Part shown: piece by piece, positions 7,722-16,800 of the stretch
Layout: each line of letters starts with the position of its first letter
Numbering within the stretch: position 1 is the stretch's first letter
Origin: a virus
Taxonomy: Duplodnaviria; Caudoviricetes
DNA length: 45,719 nt
Strand: one strand, 5' to 3'
Virus record (IMG/VR): IMGVR_UViG_3300020432_000014
Location: 1-45,719 of that record
Notes under the pieces: generated by a model
Told to the model about the DNA's origin: nothing
Seen by the model: the letters and a program-made list of their open reading frames with translations, nothing else
Databases searched by the model: none
Translations under genes and position numbers: made by a program

Positions 7722-7745
7722 TGTATTTGGATTCTCCTTACTAGA

Positions 7746-8192
7746 CTATTTATCGCGTTGTTGTTTTAAGAATTTAGCAAGGTCAGCAGTGCTACCAACA
7801 AACATTGTATTGTTTGTAGTATTGACTTGCTTGTCTTTCTTAGGGTTTTCAATCTCGTTGACCTTCTTTTGTAGGTCTACAAGTTTGTCAGCAACGTCTC
7901 CGACATGTTTAATCAACTGTCCCGCAACCTCAAACGCACGAGGTTGGTCTGACTCTTGTGCCAACTCAAGTATACCATCTACTGCTTCTTGACCCTTTTC
8001 AACCAATGAGTATAGATGACCACGAGTATACTCATAGTCTTTCTTTAATTGCTCTTTTGTAGATGCAGTATCAACTGGTGTTACTACTTGTGGTTTATCC
8101 ACAGGGACTATATCTGAATTAACATCGAGAGCATTCTCAATGCCATCAAATTTATTCGTCTTGTCCTGTGACTGGGTTTCTCGACTTGGCAT
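7746..8192 (-). CDS. g16: Terminase small subunit (T4 gp16-like)
   Basis: DYEYTRGHLYSLVEKGQEAVDGILELAQESDQPRAFEVAGQLIK...NNTMFVGSTADL; position after g15. Start codon uncertain. Confidence 0.93.
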   Translation of the reverse strand: MPSRETQSQDKTNKFDGIENALDVNSDIVPVDKPQVVTPVDTASTKEQLKKDYEYTRGHLYSLVEKGQEAVDGILELAQESDQPRAFEVAGQLIKHVGDVADKLVDLQKKVNEIENPKKDKQVNTTNNTMFVGSTADLAKFLKQQRDK

Positions 8193-8949
8193 CTTGGAAC
8201 TCACTGAATATTTCGTTAAAACCAAAGTTGTCATCAGGGTCAGCAGTTAATGGGTCTGGTGTAACCTGATATCTAACCTCCCTTGTAGGCATGGTTTTAT
8301 CTTTTGTATTATAATCAACAATAGCCTTCTTGATAATCTCTGAGTCTGCGTCTTGCACAGGACCGTATAGAAATGTCTTAGCTATAAATGACAAATTATA
8401 AACTAGAGTACGACGTGTATCGTAATCTCCTTCATAAACATCTTCATAATCAATAGCAGTTAGAGTGACAGGATAGTCTCTCTTCTCACCTAGCTCTGGG
8501 ACTAGATTCATTGTGATAGTGAATGAAGGTTGAAAGAATGGAAGAATCTGCTCTAGTATTTGTAGAGAATCATCTTGATTCTTTGCCATAATAGACAACT
8601 CAAAATTGACGTTATATGGTATTGGCATATAACTTTTTACATTGTCTCCCGTACCTTTAGTGTTACGGATGTATTGTGTAGGTGAAAGTTTTCTTGTTGC
8701 ATCATAGCTAATACCTTGTATCTCAAAAGATAATCTAGGTAAAGTAATTTGCACTTGGTCTTTAGTAGTCAAATCTCCTACTGCAGCTAAGCGAGTAAGA
8801 AACTTTTGTCTAGGACCATAAGCAAGAGGGACTTTCATCACCTCTGTTTTGCTACCTTTAGTGCGTCGGATTTCAATGTTATTGAAAAGTGTACCGAAAC
8901 CGATAACAGTCTTTTTAATTATTTCATGATAAGAATATGTCCCTAACAT
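8152..8949 (-). CDS. g15: Tail sheath stabiliser / tail terminator (gp15)
   Basis: YHEIIKKTVIGFGTLFNNI, KVPLAYGPRQKFL, LPRLSFE, QILEQILPFFQP. Confidence 0.95.
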   Translation of the reverse strand: MLGTYSYHEIIKKTVIGFGTLFNNIEIRRTKGSKTEVMKVPLAYGPRQKFLTRLAAVGDLTTKDQVQITLPRLSFEIQGISYDATRKLSPTQYIRNTKGTGDNVKSYMPIPYNVNFELSIMAKNQDDSLQILEQILPFFQPSFTITMNLVPELGEKRDYPVTLTAIDYEDVYEGDYDTRRTLVYNLSFIAKTFLYGPVQDADSEIIKKAIVDYNTKDKTMPTREVRYQVTPDPLTADPDDNFGFNEIFSEFQDAKSRNPVTGQDE

Positions 8950-9824
8950 TATAAGGTACCTCCAGAGTTTCCAAAGTCACCGAAAGGATTACTTTCAGTG
9001 AAATCTAAAATAGCATCTGCCTGTGTTTCAAGTGTGAAGTTTTGGTCTGTGTCGCTATTCATATTATTTAGTGTATTATATGTAGCAGAAGTCCATGCTG
9101 CACCAGATGTATTGCCTGTCAATGTCTCAGGTATAGCATACGTACCAGACCTATTGAAAACAATTAACTGTCTTGTAGCAGAATTCCATGACTTAACTTC
9201 AGATGTTACGTTAGAGCTACCACCTGTTACAATCTCTCCTGCAACAAAGTCTCCTGTGCCACCATCTGCAACGTTAATAGTAACTGCGTTAGCGAAGTTA
9301 ACTTCAACTGCATCAATCTCTGCGACACCAGTGTTGAAGTCTTCGTCACTGTATTCAAACAACTCACAACGTAAACCCCATACATGCACTTTACCTAACT
9401 GGTAGAATGGGACTTCGTGCTCTACGAATTGTATTTCAAATGTTTTATTTGCCATAGGCAAATGAATAAGGTCACCCTCATTAGGACGACCTTCTACAAT
9501 TAATTGTGCATTATCATCTACTGCGGCTGTAAATCTTTCTCTTGAAATTATAAACGTAACTTGGTCTGCTATTCTTACACCAAACTTACTAAACATATCT
9601 CCATCGCCACGAAATCCTGTAGCATCTTCAATGTATGCTTCTATTAAATATGCACCATTAAATGCTGATAGACTATCCTCTTCAAACACTGAGTCTCTAT
9701 TAACTAAAGTGCGAGGTATATAATAGACATCTTTACCAAACATCTTGATTTGCTCGGTAACTAAACTACCGACTAAATCCTGCTCGCCTGTTGTGCCCTG
9801 TGTGAAATAAGAATTAGTAGCCAT
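8949..9824 (-). CDS. g14: Neck protein gp14
   Basis: EQIKMFGKDVYYIPR, SKFG, RPNEGDLI, FEIQFVEHEVPFYQLG, LDFTESNPFG. ATG at 9824 is coupled to the g13 stop (TAATG). Confidence 0.95.
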   Translation of the reverse strand: MATNSYFTQGTTGEQDLVGSLVTEQIKMFGKDVYYIPRTLVNRDSVFEEDSLSAFNGAYLIEAYIEDATGFRGDGDMFSKFGVRIADQVTFIISRERFTAAVDDNAQLIVEGRPNEGDLIHLPMANKTFEIQFVEHEVPFYQLGKVHVWGLRCELFEYSDEDFNTGVAEIDAVEVNFANAVTINVADGGTGDFVAGEIVTGGSSNVTSEVKSWNSATRQLIVFNRSGTYAIPETLTGNTSGAAWTSATYNTLNNMNSDTDQNFTLETQADAILDFTESNPFGDFGNSGGTL

Positions 9825-10624
9825 TATCCTATCATATCTAGTGGTGGTGTTTCCCAAACCATTCTAAGCTCTTCATCAAGTCGTTTTAATTCATCAACTG
9901 CGTCGTTATAAATCATTTCACCATTCAATGTGACGCCCCCTGGCATTTGCACACCAGTAAACTTAGTTAAGTTTTGACCCCACTGCTTTTTAATCTTAGC
10001 AGTAGCGTAGTCCTTAACCCACATCTGATTATATATTTCAGTCCACGTTGTAGGGTCAAGTGCCCTCCATGCTTTAATCACAATAAATGTATCCAACAAT
10101 GCGTCAGTTGACCAATCAAAATCTAGATATAATCTATCTTGTACCTGAGAATATCTAACTGGTTTCTGTCCCTCCAATAGAAAATCGATAGTTTCTAAAT
10201 GTTGTTTAATCATATAGTAATGATAAAACTGTGTAGATGTAAAATCATACAAGTCATTCAATCTCATCTGGTATCTAATATCAAATATATTAGATGTCCC
10301 TTTATCTGTAAATGAGAATATACCTTCGATAGAAAGGATATGCTCTGGCACTTCAATGTATTTGTTTGACTCTAGCCATATATCATTTCCTGCGTCAGAT
10401 GTAGTGCTAGTGCTTGTATCAGCACGGTCAAGCACATCTTGTGTAATCTTGTGTTTTAGATAGCATCTTTCAGCACCATCATAATGATACTGTTGAAACT
10501 TCTGTAAAGTATAATCAATAGCGTCATCTACTTGGTCGTCAGAAACATTCACTTCTAAGACAGGTTTACCTAATCTACGAAGAGCGTATTCTTTTAATTC
10601 TGCTTTAGAGGTAGGAGTTGCCAT
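9824..10624 (-). CDS. g13: Neck protein gp13
   Basis: LKEYALRRLGKPVLEVNV..DQ, YHYDG, KKQWGQNLTKF.GVQMPGGVTLNG. Confidence 0.95.
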   Translation of the reverse strand: MATPTSKAELKEYALRRLGKPVLEVNVSDDQVDDAIDYTLQKFQQYHYDGAERCYLKHKITQDVLDRADTSTSTTSDAGNDIWLESNKYIEVPEHILSIEGIFSFTDKGTSNIFDIRYQMRLNDLYDFTSTQFYHYYMIKQHLETIDFLLEGQKPVRYSQVQDRLYLDFDWSTDALLDTFIVIKAWRALDPTTWTEIYNQMWVKDYATAKIKKQWGQNLTKFTGVQMPGGVTLNGEMIYNDAVDELKRLDEELRMVWETPPLDMIG

Positions 10625-10887
10625 TACTGTTTCTGTAGTTTTTCTAAGACTGATACTTCTTGCATTGGTGCAACATCATTCAGTCCGTTAGCATCAAACC
10701 AAGGTGCGTCTTCCCAAGAGAATCCTTCACCAAAAGTATTATCAGGAGCCATAACATACCAATGACATTTAGCGTCAGGTATATCTACAGCACAAACTGC
10801 CCAATCATCTGCCCACTGAGGTACTTGCACATACATCACTGGTAAGTGGTTAGCAAATAACGATAGGATGAAAGAGAATATCATCAT
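10624..10887 (-). CDS. Hypothetical protein, 87 aa
   Basis: ORF coupled to both neighbours; Trp/Cys motif VPQWADDWAVCAVDIPDAKCHWYV. Confidence 0.8.
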   Translation of the reverse strand: MMIFSFILSLFANHLPVMYVQVPQWADDWAVCAVDIPDAKCHWYVMAPDNTFGEGFSWEDAPWFDANGLNDVAPMQEVSVLEKLQKQ

Positions 10888-13800
10888 GTCATTGCTGCCA
10901 CTCTAGTCTGGAAGTCATCAAAGTCTGCTGATGCAGCAACCACAGACTTGAAGTCTGCTAATGTAATTGTTTCTGCCTGCAATGCAGATGCAGCAAGAGC
11001 ACCTTGTGCAGCAGTAGCAAAGTCACTTGTAGCAGCCGCAGCAGCAGTGCCTAATGTAGGTTTGCCAGTTAGGTCATTATATGCACCAGAGAATAATGAA
11101 GGTTTGTTACTTAAGTCATTGTAATTGCCAGAGAATACTGTTGGCAATGTGACGCTCATCACACCAGTAGAAGCGTTATAAGACAAGTCACCGCCTGCAC
11201 TGATTGCTGCACGAGCACGTGCAGTTGTATGATAAAGATTGCTACCTTCTGAAAGGTCACCAGTATCAGCAGCAGCAATTCTTGCATCTGCTCTAGCATC
11301 TGTGTAATATAAGTTGCTTCCTTCTGTTAAGTCACTTGTAGTAGCAGCAGCGATTCTTGCGTCTGCTCTAGCGTTAGTGAAGTAAAGGTTTGTGCCTTCT
11401 GATAAGTTAGTTGTAGACTTACTTGATAGGTCTAAGTTTGCACCTGTCTGTAAGTTAACTCTTGCATCAGCACGAGCGTTAGTGTAATAAAGATTGCTAC
11501 CCTCTGTAATACTACCTGTGTCAAACTCAGTAAAGTCAATCGCCAAGTCAGCAGTCGTAAGTTTAATACCTGTGCCATATGTAAAGTGGGTGCGTGTCCT
11601 AGCAGCAGTTGTGAATAGATTGCTGCTTCCCTCTGTAACATTATCTGTATTAATATCACTCTGTGTAACTGATAATGTATAACTGTTAGCAGCGTCGTCA
11701 TATACCTTAGTAATACCTGTGCCTGCAGTGAAGAGATTATTTACTCTGTCATCTACTCTCTCGTCAGTGTAGTATAAGTTGCTTCCTTCTGCTAAATCAT
11801 CTGTATCATGATTAGATAGAGATGCAATAGTAGATGGGATAGTGTATGAGATAACACCAGTAGAAGCGTTATATCCTAAATCTCCACTAACACTGATATG
11901 TCCACGAGTCCTAGCAGCAGTTGTGAATAGATTAGTGCTACCCTCAGTTACGTTGTCAGTATTGATATCTGCCTGAGTAACTTGAAGTCCACCACTACCA
12001 TCATGCTCGATACCAGTGCCATATGTAAATGCGTTTCTAGTCCTTGCTTGAGTGAAGTATTTGTTGCTAGTGCCTTCAACAACTTGGTCAGTTGTATACT
12101 CACCGAAGTCAACAGATAGAGACAATAGATTGTTTGCATCATCATAAGTAGCATCAATACCAGTGCCACCTTGAATTAATGCAGCAACGCGGTCATCAAC
12201 TCTTTCGTTAGTATAGTATAGATTAGTGCTACCTTCTGTTAATGCATCAGTATCATGGTTTGCAATACTACCAACCTGTGACTGGAAGAATGTGATATTA
12301 CCAGTAATGTTTAAGTTACCTTGAATCTCAAAGTCAGTTGTTGACTTGAAGTTAGTAACAGTTAGTCTGTTTTCAAATGGGTTGTAGTTTAAGTTTTGTG
12401 AGTCTGTCCTTATCTCAGTGTTTCCAGATGTAGAAGAAACAAATACTGGATAGTATGTCAAGTTTGAAGATGCAGTCTCAGTGATGTTAACTAGAGATGC
12501 AGTATCTGCGTTACCAGTTAGGTCACCAGTTACGTTACCAGTAATCTGTCCTGTTGAAACTATTGTGCCACCGACAGTTAAGTTGTTGGTGATTGCCATT
12601 GACCCAAAGTCACCAGCTCCTGCAGCAGTTATATTACCTGTTGTTGATTGTAATTCAACCTTAGTTGTGTTACTTCCATTTTGCAACTTAAGTGTCTTAG
12701 AAGCACCACGTATCACCATACTATCTTTGAATAGTGATGTGCTATCTACAGTCAGTGTGCCATCTAGTTGCTGATTACCATCAACATTTAAGTTAGTATC
12801 GAAGTCAACATCATTAGTTACTTTTAGAGTATCATCAATAACTGTTGAGCCACCAACGTCTAGAGTACCTGCAATATCAGTGTTACCACTAGACCCTGTA
12901 ACGATAAACTTGTTAGTGTTGACGATAATACTACCACCAACGTTGACGTTAGATGTAGTAGTGATAGTGGAGATATTACCAGTTGTGCCACTAAATGTTG
13001 CTGCAGAAACTGTGCCATCTGCTGTGATATTACCTGTAGCACCAAACAATGTGATTGTCTGTGCTTGGTCAGGTCCTACAAATATATCCTCTCCGAAGAA
13101 TGAATCTTCAAATACTGTGATACCACCGTTAGGTACCATGATTGCTGCACTTCCTGCAAGACGAGTTGCAGTTGTATTTGCATTAGCAGTTACGTTACCA
13201 CTTAGTAGAGAAGTTGTGCCGACTGACAATGACTCATCAACAGTTGCTGTGCCACCTACTACAGTATTACCATTATCAGAGTCAACTGTAAACTGGTCAA
13301 CACTAGAATTATTTTGTATCTTGAATGCTTTATTATCTGCATTGAGGATTACATTATCTTGGAATACTGCTTGACCATCTACGTTTAATGTAGTGTCAAA
13401 GTCAACAGCACCTGTTACACCTAAGTCATCATTAATAGTTGTAAGACCTTCGATTGTTGCAGTGCCTGCGACGAAAGTATTACCATTATCTGTGTCAATA
13501 GTAAACCTATCAACTAAAGAAGACCTAACAATAAACTGCTCATTGGTTGAGTCTATGATTAGGGAGTCAGTGATTTTTGTTTGGCCAGTAACTTCTAACT
13601 CACCGCTAATTGTAGCGTCATCTGTGATTGAAACTGTGCCTGCCTGAGAGTCTAATACTAAGTTACCCGCAGTAGTGCTGATTTCGTTTGCAGCATCAAC
13701 ACCAATCTTGATACTATCAGCAGTAATATCTGTTGATGTGATTGCAGCGTTAAATGTAGATGTCGCATTAACGACTAGGTTATCACCACTAGCATCACCA

Positions 13801-16800
13801 AGAGTTGTATTACCATCAACTTGTAAGTTACCATCTACCTCAGCATTGTCTGTAATATGGACTTTGCCATCAGCAGAATCTAGGATAAGGTTACCAGATA
13901 CGGTACTAATTTCGGTAGCACCATCGACCCCGATTTTGACGGAGTCTGCTGTGATGTCTGTGGAGGTGATTGCTTGGTTAAATGTAACCGTGCCAGTGAA
14001 TTCGTGAGCATCTCCTGATGCGTTACCGATAGTAGTATTACCATCGACAGTAAGAGTGCCATCAACTTTTGTATTACCGTCAACATTTAAGTCTCCATCT
14101 ACGTCAGCATCATCTGTAATATTAACTGTGCCACCTTGTGAATCTAGAATTAGATTTCCAGAGGTTGTTGAAATTTCACTTGCACCGTCAACACCAATCT
14201 TAATGTTGTCAGCAGTAATATCTGTAGAAGTTATCGCATGGTTAAACTGGACAGTACCTGATACGCTATGTGCATCAGAGCCAGCATTACCAATCGTTGT
14301 ATTACCATTGACTTGGAATGTCCCTGCAGCAAATGTATTACCTGTCTGTGCATCTACTGTAAATGTAGCAGCAACAGCAAAGTCATCAGTTACATCGAGC
14401 GTGCCAGTGATGTCGACATTTCCACCAAAGCTTCCATCGTCAACGACGATGAGGTCGTCACCGACGTGTAAGTCAAGACCAATACCCGCGCCACCACCAA
14501 CGATGAGAGTACCTGTAGCAGAATTCGTTGCATTTGTTGTATCAAATAATTTTAAAGAGCCTGCGTCGATACCAGACCTAGTGCCACTAAATGCTTCACT
14601 ACTGTTAGTTGCTGCATGATAAACTGCAAATCTTTCTGCAGAATTATCCCAACCAAAGAATCCAAGACGTGCTTGTGAATCATAGTATCTAAACTCAACA
14701 CCTCTGTCCTTAGCATCATCTGATGAAGGAGCAGTGTCACCACCAACTGTGATGATAGGGTCATCAATAGTAGTTACAGTTGAGTTAACTGTGGTTGTTG
14801 TGCCATTAACAGTGAGGTTACCCTCGATTAAAGCATTTGTATTAACAGTCAAGCTGCCATCTACTGTTACATCATCTGTAAATTGAGAGACAGCATTTAC
14901 TGTTAAGACATCAGAGTTAGCATCTCCAATCGTGGTCAAAGGACCGTTGATTGTTACCCGCTCATTCATTGTAACAAATCCATGCACAGTTAGTGAGCCG
15001 TCTGTGACATTTCCTTGACCGACACGTCCTATTGTAGTAGCACCTGATTCTCCTAAGATTGAGAATTCAACAGTATCATTAGTTGCTACCTTACCAACGT
15101 AGAAGTCATCACCAACATGTAAGTCTTGGACAATACCAACACCACCCGCAACTCTTAAGTTAGCATCTGGGTCATCAGCGAATGAAGCATTATGGACTCC
15201 TGTTGCTCCAATATACTGACGATATTTTACATCAACATTATTAAGTAAGGATGGACGAGTCCTTGCTGTGCCTGCATCCTTAACTACAATTCTATCTGAA
15301 ACGTATAAGTCAGTGCCTACTCTGACATCTTTATCAATGTTAACACCACCCGCAAATGTCGCATTACCACCACTGGTTAATGTGATTGCAGATTCTGATG
15401 TTGTAGGGTCAACAACAATATTATTTGTCCTTTCAAAAGTATTGACACCACCTACATTTAGACTACCTTCTATGTCTGTATTACCATTTGTAGAAGACAC
15501 TTTAAATGTCTGGCCACTACCATTGGTTATCGTGAAGAATTTACCAGTAGTATCGAGTGTAATATCATCATGGAATACTGAATCATTATCAACGTCTAAG
15601 GTTGAATTAAATGTAACAGCAGAATCTACATCAAGAGTGCTATTAAATGTTACTCCACTATCTACATCCAGTGTGCCATCTGTGTGGACGTTACCATTAT
15701 CTGTATCAATATCAAATACGCTAGTGCCACCCGCAGTTTTAATCTCGAATTTTTTATTGTCTGCTTGTAAAAGAAGACCATCAGTTATAGTTGTTTGTAA
15801 CTGAATATCAACTGTACCTTCAATAACTGTGTTACCTGTAGCACTTTCGATAGTAACCTTATCAGTAGTGCCATTTCTAACAGCGAAGTTTGCATCTATA
15901 TCAACAGTGCCATCAATCTCAACGTTACCATTCAAGTGGGTTGTGCCACCGACGTTAAGATTTTCAGAAATACCTGCACCACCAGTTACAACTAATGTAC
16001 CTGTTGTAGGTGTCTTCCAAGTAGATCCTGTGTTAGTTGTTAATCTGAGGTTACCACCAATGATAGCAGCGTCAGTCCCAGTAAATGTTTCAGAAGAGTT
16101 GGTCGCATTGTAGAGGAAGCGATACCCGCCAGTGCCAGACCATATGTTAGAGTCTGCATAATCTTCGTCCCACCCGAAGAATCCGAATCTTTCTTGTGTA
16201 TCATAGTATCTAAATTCTACACCACGGTCTAAGTTATCATCTGATACAAGAGTATCTTCACCACCTAGAGTGATGATAGGATCTTGGACTGTTATTGTAG
16301 TTGAGTTTACAGTTGTAGTTGTGCCATCTACTTGGAGATCTCCACGGACTCTAACAAGACCAGTAGCACCATCATCGTCATTAGGATCAATTATCAACGT
16401 AGAGTTGGTAGTTGAAATAACGTTGTCTTGGAAATGGAAGTCCTCTACGTTGACTCTATTAGCAACGTTTGTGGCATTGATAGTAATATCATTTTCAGAA
16501 GTGATATTGATAAGAGCATTACCACTACCTGCATTTGTCGCATTAATTAATAGAGTGCGATCTTCTGTTGTATTTTGTGTGTGTTGGAAAGTAAGATTAC
16601 CATTACCAGTCTTGTCTAGAGTCTGGTCGATTGCACCATCTAAAGTAATATCTGCATCAGAGAAGTAAGTCCTTACATTAATATCAACTTCTCCTGCACC
16701 ACCATCAGTAATAGTTAAACTGTTACCTTGATTTGTGTGATGATGACACCAGTAGTAAAGAGTTGCGGGTGCATCAGTTTGGACTAATATTTCTGCAACA

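Noticed and set aside
11200-12260. DNA repeats resembling a CRISPR-like array
   Set aside because: The repeats are degenerate, in-frame and protein-coding with irregular spacing; no cas genes are present.
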